Notes: generated from the sequence alone by a model not told the origin. Counted from the first letter of the stretch, positions 28,143-44,377 are shown. The stretch is DNA of 64,000 nt from Eledone cirrhosa (GCA_964016885.1 OZ024741.1:312046001-312110000), one strand, 5' to 3'. Translations and numbers: made by a program.

Positions 28143-28324
28143 TTTGGCACTATCGGTAGAGCGTCGGACGCCATACTTTGCAGCACAGAGTTTCGGCCCT
28201 TTATGGTCTGAGTTCAAATCCCGCCGAGGTTAATTTTGCCTTTCATCCTTACGGGGTCGATCAAATAAAGCACCAATATTACACTGGGATAATTGCTGGC
28301 CTTGTGCCAAAAGTAGAAACAATT
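28143..28324 (+). mobile_element. tRNA-derived SINE
   Basis: A and B boxes and core as in the other copies. Confidence 0.8.
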
Positions 28325-29650
28325 CTTTACTCTGAACTAAATTTATTAAATAGGAAATCTGAAATATTTCCACTTGTCCTCATATTAATCTCCTTTCTTT
28401 TCACTATTTTAGACCTATTAACTAATTTATATCAATGTAGATGTATACCTTATTCGTTTCAGTACCATTACTATCACTGTATAATAATTATTTAATTGCA
28501 CTTTCAAGCCTAAAAGTTTATAATATGTTTAACTACTATATACTGTCTACCATTCTTCACACACACCTTCTCTGATCCCTTCTATTGCAAATACAATTTA
28601 TTATAATCACCTCATCACTTTTAGGAAACTTAATAATACATTGTTTCCATACCTTTTCTCACATGCCATACTTATATTTATTTTTGCTAAATATATAACA
28701 ACCATTGTCACACCATATATTTTTTATTTAATATTAACTATTGACTACTAGTATAATTAACTTTTTTTTTTATAATGAATAGCATTTCTAGTATATATAG
28801 ATAATTTCTTTGTAATATTCATTTAAAGTTCTTTAATTTTGCAAACATTAAACCAGAAAACAATTCTTTTAAAAATTCAATACCCCTATATTTTTAGATA
28901 CTAAATTTTTCTGCTTTTTCTTATTAAATATATAGTAACTCTCTAATATATAGAATGTTTTACATAAATTACCTACTCTTTAATTTTATTTTGTTTTAAA
29001 ATTCCATGCTAAGATAGATGAGTTGTACTCTTGATGGCATATGACTTTGGCTCCTCTATTCAACTAAGTGGTTCTTTAGATGATGTGTCTTGAGTGCCTA
29101 ATTGATAATACTTCCATGTATATTGGATTTTTTACTTTAATGATTATACTTATTTTCTCAACATTACATTAGCTCCTTTGGACATTTTGAAAAGTAATTA
29201 TTATTATGACTGAATTATGTAGTCGAACATATAGTCTTGCATCTGTTTGTATGCTACACGTAAACTAAACTTTTTTAAATTTATATTTTAAATATATTTT
29301 TCATTGTACTTTAATTTATCTGTAACAGCATGCTCTTTTGATTTTTTAAACCTTTTATTGGTTTTATCTGATCCTAATTTGTATTGCATTTATCTGCTTC
29401 TATTCTTCATATGATTTTTCTGCCTCTGTTACCTTATATAAATATTTATACTTGTGCTTATCTACCATCCCATATTATGTATCCTCTAATGTTCTTATGA
29501 CAAAGTTTTGATATTATATTTCTGTTTGCCTTTTGCTATCGACTCCGCTGATTCTGGTCTTGTGCTAGGATGAAACGATCGCCAGTGATTAAATGTTTGA
29601 AAGTTTATACACTATTTGATTGCCATTTACATTGTATATATATATATATA

Positions 29651-29759
<109 letters not shown>

Positions 29760-29849
29760 CTGTATTTCTATCTAACTGTCTATGTGTCTGCTCTCTCTCT
29801 AAATTCATGCCACTTAATGTACAATCTCCCTAACACAAAATATTACACA

Positions 29850-30052
29850 CAAGAGTAAGCTGAGAAGTTCATAGGCTAACGATAAAGGAGTGATGCTGCT
29901 AGGTCAGTGAAATCATGCATGCATTAAATTCAAATATTCTTATTAATAAGTGCATTGTTACTTTCCAGGAACTATTTGGAAAAATGAACTTGATTTGGTC
30001 GCTCCCTTAGAGTTTGAAATGTTCAGCCTATGAAATGTTTAGCCGACCCTCG
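29850..30052. mobile_element. Mariner-like MITE
   Basis: ~30-bp imperfect TIRs AAGAGTAAGCTGAGAAGTTCATAGGCT / AGCCTATGAAATGTTTAGCCGACCCTCG. Confidence 0.55.
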
Positions 30053-30602
30053 GACATATTTCCTCCAATATCTGAAAGGTAATACAAACAATTCTCAACA
30101 ATCACTTATTGCATCACATTTTCTCTCCACCAGATATCAGAGACAACGAATATGGTTTCACAGATCTAGATATAACGGAAATATAAGTGACACTTTATCA
30201 AATCTTGTGTTCTTCACATTTTATTAATGTCTCCCGTCCTTACCCATTCTTTAATGCCCTGCATTGTTATTGCCTCTAATGAGGCACCCTGCAACTCAGA
30301 ATTTGATGAAATTATGACTTCCCAACCAAAACAAGCACAAACAGGTTGTCACGTGATCATATATTTTCTTATAAATATTTTAAGTGTGTTAGTTTGTATA
30401 AATGTATATGCCCCCCCCCCACACACCCCCACACACAAATATATACACACACACACACACACACAAATTCTAATACTGGTGGCTTAGGATCTAGCTGTCT
30501 AAACGGGCGGAGCTCAGTCGTCGGGTTACTAACTCTTTTCATATATATATGTATTTAAATACATATATGTATATATATATGTGTGTGCGTGAGAGAGAGA
30601 GT

Positions 30603-30710
<108 letters not shown>

Positions 30711-30879
30711 ATTTAAATTTATACTTCAGACAGTTCACTACGAAATTCCAATTTACTCATGTAAGTTAAAATGTCTGTTCCTTGCTGATCTTCCATATGT
30801 ATTGACGACTTGATTTAAGTCTAGCAATAACACGCCACAGAGTCCTGTTCAAAAGTATATTATATATATATAAATATAT

Positions 30880-31044
<165 letters not shown>

Positions 31045-31164
31045 ACATATATATATATATATAGAAGTGGTTACACAACAGTTAGTTCAGCATACTGAGA
31101 ACAATTGATTCACCTTAGCGGGTACTCAGTGTGTGTGTACATATGTATCTATCTATCTATACAT

Positions 31165-34100
31165 AACAAAAAAATACATAACACGAACAAAAAGGCAACA
31201 AACACACAACCACCAACACTAACAACACAACCGTTACAAACAAAATTCCCTCCTCCTGAAAACAAAACAACGACAACACTCCAACGCAAACACCTACAAC
31301 AAAACGAAAACACACACGAGAACAACAGACAAAAACCAACACAACATAAGAACATTACACATACACATACATAAATACTCAAAACAAAATTCTAATGGAG
31401 GTCATCTTCAAAAACCCTGCGGTGAAAACCAAAGGGAAAACGTTTACAAACTGTTTGGACAAACCAAACCTAAAAGTGCATGGGGTCCCGATGGACACAT
31501 ATAGGTCCGTAAAAGAAAACTTCGATAAAGACGTGATGGAAGTCATGCGTCAAACCCATGAACCGCGTCCTTTTGAAATGTTTCCCCAACCCAAAGATCC
31601 ACCCACCACGACCAAACATCTCCGACCCCACCCCACCTTAAACCACCACCCTACCTAACAACCCCTCCAACACCCCCATCGGCATTGTGCAGCCTGGTCT
31701 CCAGGAAGCGAGGAGGTAAGTGAATTCTTTCCTTTACTTTTCTAACTCTTCCTCACAAACATGGCCAATATAAGAGTCGGATGTGTGAATGTGCGCAGCC
31801 TGGGATGCCCTGAGAACAGGGCAAACTCTTAAACAACCTCAGGTCGCACAGTATGGATGTGGCAGTCATTTGCGAGTCCAGGATCCACAGCAAGCGGCAG
31901 CTGGCCCACATCTTCGACGACTTTGAGATCTACGCATCTCTCTGTCAGCGGGGAGGTGGGGGCGGGGTTGCCATTTTGCTGCTGAAACACCTGGACCTCG
32001 TAACACAGACGGTACATCTGGACTCGGAGGGTCGACTGGTGGTCCTAGACGTCAGACTGGTGGCCGTATATGCCCCATCCGGGACATCGCGGCCAGACTT
32101 CTTCAAACGTCTGGAGACCTTTCTGGGAACGTCCCGCTCCTTGCTTTTAGTGGGGGACTGGAATGGAATCCTAGATGCACGTTGGGATTATGTGGGAGCA
32201 TGTCCCGATAGAGAGGGGTGTAACAGCATCAAACAATTAATCGGCCGATTTCAACTGGCCGATAGATACCGACTATATTTCCCGACTGCGCCACTGTGGT
32301 CGTGGACGAACCGCAGTGGGACATTTCGATCGTACTTAGATAGGTTTCTAATTAGAGATAGGGATAGGGACATATTAAGCTGTCCACACATGTTCATGGT
32401 TGCCTATTCGGAGAACAAACTAGTGACCTGCATAGTCATCCTTGATAGAAGCCATAGGCAGGGACCCGGCTACTGGAAGCTGAACCTGTCGTTACCGACA
32501 CGTAAATCATACAGTAGTCGGATTAGCACTTTAGTTAAGCAGCAGTTGACGCGGGAAATTTTCAACAACTGGTGGTGGTGCTCTTTTAAGAGAGCCATTA
32601 GATTAGAATCGATAGGCTTTAGTAAAGAACTAGCGTTAGATAGGAATAAGACTGAAAAGGAACTGGTAGATAAAGTAGAAGTGGCGATTAGGATGTGCAG
32701 CGTAGCTAACGTGCTAGCAACTAGAACGGCCCTGAGTTTTTCGACGCAAAGCGCGAAGGCTGCGTTGTCAGGAGTAAAACACGTCCTCTAGGAAACGAGG
32801 GAGCCAAAGCTGTTAGCTGGGCCCGAGTGACAGAGGCGAAAAGTGGCAACAAGTCCGCGATTCGGTCTTTGAAGGACCAAGACGGACGCGTGATACTTGA
32901 ACCGGAGCAGATGTGCGCGGCCTTTCAGCGGCAATTTGCACAATTATTCGGGCAGGGTGGCGCGCCAGGAGGGGCTATGGATTTCGGTCCACACCTCGAC
33001 GGCCTGCCGCGACTCTCGGACGGGGAGGCGAAGTTCTGGAATTGCCGATTTCGGCCGCTGAGATAATGGGCGCGCTGAGCCAATGCGGCAAACGCAAATC
33101 GCCATGTATCGACAGTCTACGCTACGCATTTTACGTAGCAATTCCGGACTCGTTCTCTGGTCCCCACGAAGCGGTCTACTGCAACTGGCAGCAGAACGGG
33201 AGAATTCCCAGTTCTGTGAACAAGGGCGCAGTCACGCTGGTCATGAAGGAAGAAAACAAGGGGTACGACATTAGTAACTTCAGACCCATAACTCTGCTAA
33301 ACACAGAGTTAAAGATTTTGGCCAAGGTGCTAGCAAAGAGGCTGCCGCTTGTCGTCGAAAACCTGGTGGGAGACGCGCAGACATGCGCAATCGCGACCAG
33401 GTCTATACACGACAAGATCCAACTCATGCGATACATCGTAGAGAGGGTAGGGTGTGAACCCGGCTTCGGTGGAGCACTGATAAATTTGGATCAATCCATG
33501 GGATTCGATAGAGAGACCATCGTTACCTGGATGCGGTGCTCGTAGCGGCAGGCTTCGGTCCCCTGTTCAGAGGCTGGATTGCTGTCACGCACAGCAGCAA
33601 CATCTGCTCAAAGGTCAAGGTGAATGGCTACATCTCGGAGCCGTTCCAAATCACGCGATCCATCCGACAGGGATGCACTCTCTCCTCCCTTCTGTACGTG
33701 CTGACTCTCGAGCCACTACTGCGGAAGTTGGAGCTACTGCAGTAATGGTGTCAATCACCTTGAAAATCGGGGAGGTCGGCACCTTACTTGAAGGAATACG
33801 AAAGCTTCAGAGGAGCGAAGCTGAACCGGGACAAGTCCGTCGGTTTGCAACTCGGAACGTGGAGAGGCAAACCGATGTCTTCCGACGCTGGACGGAGGGA
33901 TCGGTGGAGCTGCTTGGAGTCTGGTTCGGACCGGACCTCCAGGTGGAGATATACTAGAATGAGGTGACGGTGAAGGTGTTTGACGCTCGCCCAGAAATGG
34001 GCCGAGTGCAAACTATCCTTGAAAGGTCGAGCGGAGGTGGCGAACGCTTTCATAGTGTCCGTCATCTACTACAGCTTGACCGTCGTGCCCTGTCCAAATA

Positions 34101-35345
34101 AAACGCTCACCAAAATGGAGCGCGCGCTCTTCCAGTTCCTTTGGAAGAAGCGGGCTCCTTTGTGGCGAAGATCCATCTGCTGTCAACACCCTTCAAACGG
34201 AGGCCTGGGGATGCCGTGGCTGACGATGCGCAAACACGCACTCAGGCTGCGGCACCTCCACATATTCCTCACCGAACAACCGGTGGGGGCCCCGTTCGAG
34301 AGGCGAGCCTTCCCGCGACTCGACTCAGTGACCGAGCTGCAGTCCTGGATCAAGCAAAGACCGACGTAAATGGGCGACTCGCACATTCAATGTGCTCAGG
34401 CGCTCACAGTCCTCTGGCAAACGGACCCGGCGATCAGTGGAGATTCCACCTCGTCATTCTATAAAGGGTTAGTCCGCAGCAAGTGCGACGAAACTCTCGG
34501 AGAAACTTCGAGGCGCAGAGGAAGACGAACTGGCCAGTCTGTTCTGTAGGACATTCCGCCCAGGACCGATGGACGACTTCCAAAAGTCCCTGGCCTGGCA
34601 GTGCTACCGAGGAGCTCTACCCGTTCGAGACAAGCTCTACAGACATGGACGCCCAGGCAGGAATCCCTCGAAAAAGATCTGTCCGAGATTTTTGAGGGAC
34701 GAGGAAAGCGTCGCGCACGCATTCGTACACTTCCCGGGCCTTACCGACCACTGGAGCTATGCAGAACGACTACTGTCGCGGGTGGGACAAATCCGGTTGA
34801 CCACCGAGTCCATTATTGCGATCAAACCGCCACCTTCCTTCAAAAACGAAGGAGAGGGAGGTTTTCCTCTGTGTAATGGCTATGGTGAAAGAGGCTATAT
34901 GGTGGGCGAGACTGAAAGTTTTGAGGTCAGACACCTTTCTCTCCGGCGAACAACTGGTTCGCTTCTTCAAATATCATTTTAGAAGAAGAATCAGAGTGGA
35001 GAGAGAGGTGCTGCACCCCAGCAAATTTTACGAAAGGTGGGTGAATGTGGCAAGGATGGCCCGAGTGGTTGGACCTTCTCTCTATATAAACCGGTAGGCT
35101 GAGGAAAAAGAGGGAGCGAGGAAAGGAGCGCTACTCTTCATGCTCCTGGAGATGAGGGTTGTACATTTTTTCGGGGTGTGTAACGTCTCCCCTTATTCGG
35201 GATTTCAATTGTTAATTGTTATTTGTTATTTGTTATGTATTTGTTATTTGTTATTTTTATTAATTCTATTTTTTACACGCATGTATGTAAAGTCCCCACT
35301 ATGTATTTGTCCCCATCTTTTTGCGCCTTTGTGGCAAATAAAGAA
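31165..35345 (+). mobile_element. Decayed L1/Tx1-like LINE, copy 2 (end of ORF1, ORF2 from 31761)
   Basis: MANIRVGCVNVR, APE ORF 31853-32791, RT ORFs (NFRPITLLN, RQGCTLS) and C-terminal region. 3' AATAAA near 35337. Confidence 0.9.
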
Positions 35346-35399
35346 ATATATCTATTTATACATATATAGATAGGTAGATAGATACATATATATACACAC

Positions 35400-38162
35400 A
35401 GGGATGTAGCTTTAGGAAAAAATAAAACCTAAAAGGAACCGGTAGCTAAAGTAGAAGAGGTACTTAGGAATAGCAGTACAGCTGACGTGCTAGCGGCGTG
35501 AACGGCACTAGACAAGTTCTTCAACGTGAAACACGAAGGTTGTATTGTCAGAATTAGAACACGTACTCTAAGAAGAATCGAGGGAGCCAAAGCTGTTAGC
35601 TGGCCCGAGTGGCAGAGGCGAAAAGTGGCAACAAATCCACAATTCGGTCCTTGCAAGAAGAAGATGGACGCATTCTACTTGAATCCAAGCAGATGTGCAC
35701 GGCCTTCCAACAGCATTTTAAACAACTGTTCGGGCAAAGCGGTACGTCGAGGGAGGTGATGGACTTCAGCTCCCACCTCGACGGCGTACCACGACTCTGG
35801 AGCACGGATGCGGAGAGCTGCCAAAGCCCGATCCCAGTGGGCGAAATAGAAGATGCCCTAGGCCTCTGTAGGAAAGGCAAATCACCCGGTTTAGATGGTC
35901 TAACCTATAAGTTTTACATAGGCATGACAGACTTGTTCTCTGGCGTCCTCGAAGCGGTCTACTGCAACTGGCAGCAGAACAGGAGGATTCCCAGTTCTGT
36001 AGGCAGAGGCGTAGTAACGCTGATCAGGAAAGATGAGAACAAGAGGGATGAGATAAGCAATTTCAGGCCTATAACTCTGCTCAACACAGAGTTAATGATT
36101 TTGGCAAAGGTCTTAGCAGCGAGGCTAGAGCTTGTCGCCGTGAACCTGGTAGGAGAAGCGCAAACGTGTTCAATCACGACCAGTTCCATACACGACAACT
36201 CCACCTCATGCATCAGATAGAATGTAATGTGTACACCTGGCTTCTGTGGTGCTCTGATCAATTTAGATCAGTCTAAGGCATTTGATAGGGTCGTTCGTCA
36301 ATACATGGAAGCGGTTCTCAAAGCGGCCGGCTTCGGTCCCGCCTTCAGAGGCTGGATCGCTGCTATGCACACCAGCATCTGCTCGGCAGTCAAGGTAAAT
36401 GGCTACCTATCAGAGACATTCAAAATCATGCGTTCCATCCGTCAGGGATGCCCTCTCTCCTCCATTCTGTATGTACTGAGTCTCGGGCCTTTACTGCGGA
36501 AGTTGTAGCTGTTGCAGAGCATCCCGATCGAACCAGGACTGCGGAAAGCAGCGTTGGCCTATGCCGACGACATAACCTTAATGGTATCGAAAACCTCTTA
36601 CATCGCGGTTATCGGCAACCTATTGCAGGAATACGAAACGTTGACAGGAGCAAGACTAAAACCAAACAAATCTGTCGGTTGGCAACTCGGCACATGGAAA
36701 GGCAAACGCATGCCCTCCTGCAGTGTCGTTGGACGCTGGACGGAAGGACCGGTGAAATTGCTCGAGGTCTGGTTTGGTCCAGACCTCCAGGTGGGCAAGA
36801 ACAGGAACGATGTCATAGCGAAGGGGTTTGCTCTCACCCAGAAGTGGGCTAAGTGCAAACTCTCCTTGAAAGGTTGAGCGGAGGTGGCGAACACTTACAT
36901 AGCCTCCGTCATCTACCACCGCTTGACAGTCGTGCCTTATCCCCGCAAATACCTCTCCAAAATATAACCCCTTCTCTTCAAGTTCCTCTAGAAGAAACAG
37001 ACTCCATTGGTGAGGAGATCCATCTGCTGTCAACACCCTTCTAACGTGGCTGATGATGCGCAAACACGCGCTGAGGCTTCGCCATCTCCAGGTGTTCCTG
37101 ACCGGCGAACCTGTGTGGCTATCGTTTGTAAGACGAGCTCTTCCACAACTTGTCTCACTAAAAGAGCTGCAGCCCTGGGTCAAGCGAAGACCGAAAATGG
37201 GCGCCTGCCACCTCGAGTGCCTTCAGGCGCTCACAGCCCTCTATTAAGCGGAAACGGCAATCAGCGGAAACTCCACTTCGACATTCTATAGGGGATTAGT
37301 GGAGGATAAGTGCGACGACGTTCTCGGGGAAATTCTAGGCATCCAGGAAGACGAACTCACCAGTCTGTTCATGAGGACTTTCCGTCCAGGGCCTATGGAT
37401 AACTTCCAGAGGTCTCTACCCTGGCAGTGTTACCGAAGAGCTCTACCAGTTCGAGACAAAATCTACAGCACAGACGCCCTGGCAGAGATCCTGCCAAAAG
37501 GACCTGTCCAAGATGCGAGCAGGACATCGAAACCGTTCTGCACGCAATTGTTCAGTGCCCAGGGGTGACTGACCTGTGGAATTATGTCGAACAGCTACTG
37601 TCACGTGTGGAACGCATCCAGTTGTCAGCCGCGTCCATGGTGAGGATCAACCCGCCGCCCTGATTTAAGAATGAAGGAGTGGCGATCTTCCTCTGCCTAG
37701 TGACTATGGGGAAAGAGGTAACATGGTCGACGAGGTTAAAAGGACTGACGGCCAGCACCTTTCTCTCCGGACAACAACTCATGCCCTTCTTTAAGTACCA
37801 CTTCAGAACGAAGGTGAGAGTGGATAGAAAGGGTGTACACCCGAGTAAATTCGCTGAAAAGTGGGTAAATGTTGCGAAAATGGCCCGGGTGAATTTGGCC
37901 TTCTCTGTATATAAACCTGTAGGCTGAGAAAGATAAACAGAGGGAAGACGGGACCACCTACAAAACGTGTTCCTAGTGTTGAGAGTTGTTCTATCCACGG
38001 GGTGTAAAACAACCCCGGAGTAGCATCCCCCCACCTTAATGGGGATTTAAATTGTTCTATTTTTATGCAGTTTATTGTTAATAATCATTGTTAAAGATTT
38101 TATTAAAAACCCACACCGTTACGTCTTGTAATGTCCCAATTTTGTACGCCCCTGTGGCAAAT
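35400..38162 (+). mobile_element. 5'-truncated L1/Tx1-like LINE, copy 3
   Basis: KSPGLDGL, NFRPITLLN, LDQSKAFDRV, RQGCPLS, YADD and C-terminal CPRC..H..C. Many stops. Confidence 0.9.
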
Positions 38163-38261
38163 ATATATGTATAGGAAAAATTATGACCCCGACGGCAGAG
38201 CTCAAGCCGTTTTGACGGCTATTTATGGACTTTGAGTCCAGAAAAGAAACGCTAACAAAGA

Positions 38262-38925
38262 AACGCTGTACTAGTTTCAAGCTTATTAGTCTGTGCTTAT
38301 TTGTCAGTGTTGAACAAACGAGCAACGATGGTTGCTAGACACTACGGCTTAATACGGGATGTTTGTTTACAAACACACCGAGCATTATAATACATGTTCG
38401 GCGAATCCATACGTACATATATATATATATGCATGTATGTATATATATACATACTACTGTACGTCTGTATACATATATGTATGTACGTATACATACTTAT
38501 ATTTAAGTAACAGCCGTACTAAGAGTGGGAAATGAAATTTCGTTTCATTTTTTCCGTTTATCGTTTCCGGTGCACCCGGCCGATTAACCCAATCGATATG
38601 CAAATTGGGCTATTCAGCCATTAATATGCATAAGGAAAGTATATACTTTCAGACGTTCACTCATCTGGCAGGAAGGTATACGTTGCTGACGATAGCTAAT
38701 AAGCTTGAAACTAGTACAGCTTTCCTTTGTCAGTGTTGAACAAACGAGCAACGATGGTTGCTAGACACTACGGCTTAATACAGGATGTTTGTTTACAAAC
38801 ACACCGAGCATTATAATAAATGTTCGGTGAATCCATACGTACATATATAGATGTGTGAATGTATGTATATATATATATACATACTACTGTACGTCTGTAT
38901 ACATATATGTATGTACGTATACATA

Positions 38926-38927
<2 letters not shown>
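38262..38927 (+). repeat. HHR tandem repeat family B, subfamily B2 (~1.5 units, period ~427)
   Basis: Homologous to 50217-52701. HHR at 38680-38722. Short inverted HHR half at 38262-38290. Confidence 0.85.
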
Positions 38928-39001
<74 letters not shown>

Positions 39002-39027
39002 TATATACATATATATATATATGTATG

Positions 39028-39122
<95 letters not shown>

Positions 39123-39166
39123 ATATACATGTATATATATATGTATGTATATATACATATATATAC

Positions 39167-41745
39167 GTAAGAGAGTATTGAAGTTTGCTTGAAGCATTGT
39201 GGAATAATAAGTAAATATCTTTAAGTCGTTTGGAAGCCTCGACAATGCAAATGGGTAAATCTCCGGGTAACAAGATCCGGTGGTGGAGAGAGAGATGTAG
39301 GTGGGTGTACGTTGAGATGCGTGGTGTGTATAAGATGTGTAAGACGTGTAGAAGAATGAAGGGAAGAGTATAAAGGATAAAATAAAAATAACAACACAAG
39401 AGAGAGTTACCTTGGGCGAGATTTAATAGTCCCTATATATTTCGGATTCACATCCATCAACTGGGGTTTTTTCCGGGGTGGGGGAAAGGTTGTCTGCCGG
39501 ACAGGTGCGAAACGCGTCCTCCGCTGTTTATTGTTTTGTATATCTGAGGTATTCGGCAGAGCGCGCGTGCGCCGTGAAATGAGGTCGGTCGGGCAGAGGT
39601 CAGCGGCCGAATGAGGGAGTGGGGTGGCGCTAGCTGTCAGTCCATTCTCTGCCTGTTTGTGAAATGTTACTGTGTGTGTGTGTGCGTGTGTTGTTGCCTG
39701 GTTCCTCTGTATTGGCAGTGTAGGATGTTGGTATGGTGGAATGCTACTGCGTGTGCGTGTGTGTAGTTGTCTTGTTTGTGTGTGTGTGCGTGTGGTGTGT
39801 GTTGCTGCATCGTTTGTTAACTTAAACCAGCCATCTCATTTCGCTTCTCTCTGATCGGTTGTTTATTTGCGGTTGCAGGCGTTTGATAAAAAGCGCTTCC
39901 TTGATACGTAACGCGCCGACGTTTCTTTCAGTCGCTAGAATTGTGACAATGGGCCTTCCGTCTTTGTTTCCGCATTTTTCTATGTGTTTCCGGAAAGACG
40001 AGGCCCTGGTTTTAGTGTGTTCCTTGATCCGGATGTGCAAATGTCGGATTGTGCTACCTATGTAGTATTGGTTGCACCTGTCACATTCTATCTTATACAC
40101 GACGTATTTGCGTAGGCAACAGTTCGCATGGCGTATCGGGAAGTCTCTGAGGGAGCATGCGTCAGTAGATTTCCCGGGTTTCCTGGAGAGGCATCTTCGC
40201 AGGGAGGGGCCAGAGTGGGCCAGGTGGATGTCGAGGCCCTCCCTCCGTAAAGCCTTGCGGATAGCGTTGGTGGTATTCTCGCCCAGGTGTGGCATTTTAA
40301 GGAATCACTTGCCTTGCGTGCCTCTCTGTCTCTTGTGTCTGGTGTCTCCTATTCTGTCTGTGATCGAGGTGGTGTACCCGTTCGCCTCCAGCACCTAGAG
40401 GAATCGCTTGGTATGAGTCACCACTCGCGGGATTGCTGCATCTGTTTTTGATTCGCGCGATCTCGTTCGTGATGTGTCCTCTTTTGGCACTGTTAGGGAG
40501 GGCAGACTTGTAGTGAACGAACAGGTCCTTGCAGGCTGCCTGTCGGTAGAAGTTGCAGTGGATCCTTCCCTGTTCCGTGATGTTGATTCGGAAGTCGAGG
40601 AGGGCAAGTGACCCGTCTTCGTTGGGGTGTTCAACACCGAAGTCAATGTTCTCGTCCGTGTTGTTGAACCTCTCATAGATTCTGTTCGCCGTGTCTTGGG
40701 AAGATGTGAGGATGAGGATATCGTCCACGTACCTTGAGAAAAGGCTACGGCGTTGGGGTGGCAGGCGTTGAGTGCCTTGCGTTCGAGGTTGTCCATGTAA
40801 GAGATCGCTAGAACACCTGATAGGCTTGATCCCATGGGCAATCCCGAGGTTTGTTGGTATGTTTGGTCAAGGAATCCGAAGTAGGTGTTGTCGACGACGA
40901 TGGATAGGAGTTGGTGGATGTCAGTGGTGGTGAGGCCGCAGCAGTGTAGGTCGGTGGATTGGACGCGTTCCATCAGTATATTGACGGCCGGGAGTGCCGG
41001 GACAGAGGTGTAGAGAGCGACTACATCAAGGCTGAAAGCATATCTGTTATTCCTTCTGGTGTCGAGATCCATTTGATGCAGGTGCTTCAACACCTCCTCA
41101 GAGCTGTTAACGTGTCCCGGCAAGGTGTCTAAGATGGGTTTGAGTATTCTGGCTAGGAGCCATGAAATTTTGTAGAGTGGTCCCTCCACGCTCGATACGA
41201 TGGGCCTGATCTTCAGGTCGGGTCCCTGTTTGTGTGTTTTCACGAGGTGGTAGAAGGCGGTTAGTCTGCTGTTCCTCGTGAGGAGGTTGTATCTCAGCTC
41301 CTTCGGGAGCTTCCGCCGGTCGCAGATGTTGGTCCAGGCGGCGTTGATGTACTCTTCTATCTGCGCGGGAGTGATTCCCGTGACCTTGCAGTAGAGGTTG
41401 TCATCGTCAAGGTGTTGGAGGGCCAGGGTCTTGTAGGCCTCTCTGCTGATGACGCAGAATTCTTTTCCCTTGTCGGAGGGGAGATAGATGAGGTTCTTCG
41501 ATTTTAGGTTGGAGAGAGTGGTGAGTTGAGATTTGATGAGGTTATGTATTGTGCGTGTGTGTGTGTTTGTGAAGTATATCCGAGATGGAGTGTTTTAGCC
41601 TGATGAGTTTAGTGTCGATTTCGTGGTTGGTGGGTGGGTGGTGGAGTGGGTTGTCGGGTGGTAAATGGGGAACTTGGGGTGGGTTGCGTGGGCGCTGTTA
41701 TTTTCTGTGGCGCTATTGATGGCGGTCACCCATTTAAGTTGGTAA
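39167..41745 (-). mobile_element. Penelope/Poseidon-type PLE (RT + GIY-YIG), frameshifted
   Basis: PSDKG, KTHK..RPIVS, SLDVVALYTSVP, GLPMGSSLS, YVDDIL and VVYKIECDRCNQYYIGST..RIKEH. Flanked by (TA)n. Confidence 0.9.
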
Positions 41746-41747
41746 TG

Positions 41748-43288
<1,541 letters not shown>

Positions 43289-43469
43289 CACATATAATTT
43301 AGCAAGACTCGCAACTTCAATAATGTGCAGACAAGTGCTCCATGCATATGAAGATGATAGCAGAGCTATAAACATAAGTTAAAATGGTCATACACGCTGA
43401 GACGATATATATATATATATAATGAAATGACAGGAGGCTGGACTTGTGTAAATCCTTGAAAGGTTTATT

Positions 43470-43527
43470 ATACTATGATCATTTCAATGACCGGGTTCTG
43501 TATGAATCCGGTGATATCATCAGGTAT
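43470..43527 (-). ncRNA. Type I hammerhead ribozyme (solo PLE-like 3' end)
   Basis: AUAC-CUGAUGA-stem II (ACCGG..CCGGU)-GAAA-UGAUCA-UA-GUAU. Palindromic stem III AUGAUCAU. Confidence 0.7.
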
Positions 43528-43930
43528 TTGAAATATAATAAGTGAATGCAATAGATAAAATCCATGGGGCTGAAAATCAAAGACCGGAGGACGACCGCCA
43601 TCCAGCATCTTCCACCTTTGCCGGTCGCCCTCAAGTGACGTGGCTAAAGCTTACAGTGTGCTACTATCGGTCAAATAGTGAGAAAACAGAAAGGGAGAGG
43701 AACATAAGTCAGCGTTAATATCGTGCCACAAGAAGAAAGAAAGAACACACCGAACAATATAATAAATGTTCTCTGAATCCATACGTACATATATATATAT
43801 GTGTGCATGTATGTACATATATATACATACTACTGTACATCTGTATACATATATGTATGTACGTATACATACTTATATTTAAGTAACAGCTGTACTAAGA
43901 GCGAGAAATGAAAATTCGCTTCACTTTTTC

Positions 43931-44052
<122 letters not shown>

Positions 44053-44299
44053 ATATATATATATATATATACCTACATAAATACAAGTTTGCAATGTCAC
44101 CACTGGTATATGGACTTGAAGATTGCGAAAGCATGAAAGTACTTGTTCAATTAACACTTAACATTTAATTTTCTACCATACTATTTCATTATAATATCAT
44201 TAACATTTTTAAAGGATCAAAAATAAAACGAGTAAATCAGACAAAGTTGGAATTCCTTTTAATATAATATATATATAGGTGTATTTCTGATCAAATGTA

Positions 44300-44377
<78 letters not shown>

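Noticed and set aside
29545-29590. HHR-like CTGAT..GAAACGATCGCC
   Set aside because: Core is incomplete and the cleavage triplet and stem I are broken. At best a decayed remnant.
39492-39523. Plus-strand GAAACGCGTC as a second HHR
   Set aside because: No upstream CUGANGA or stem II.
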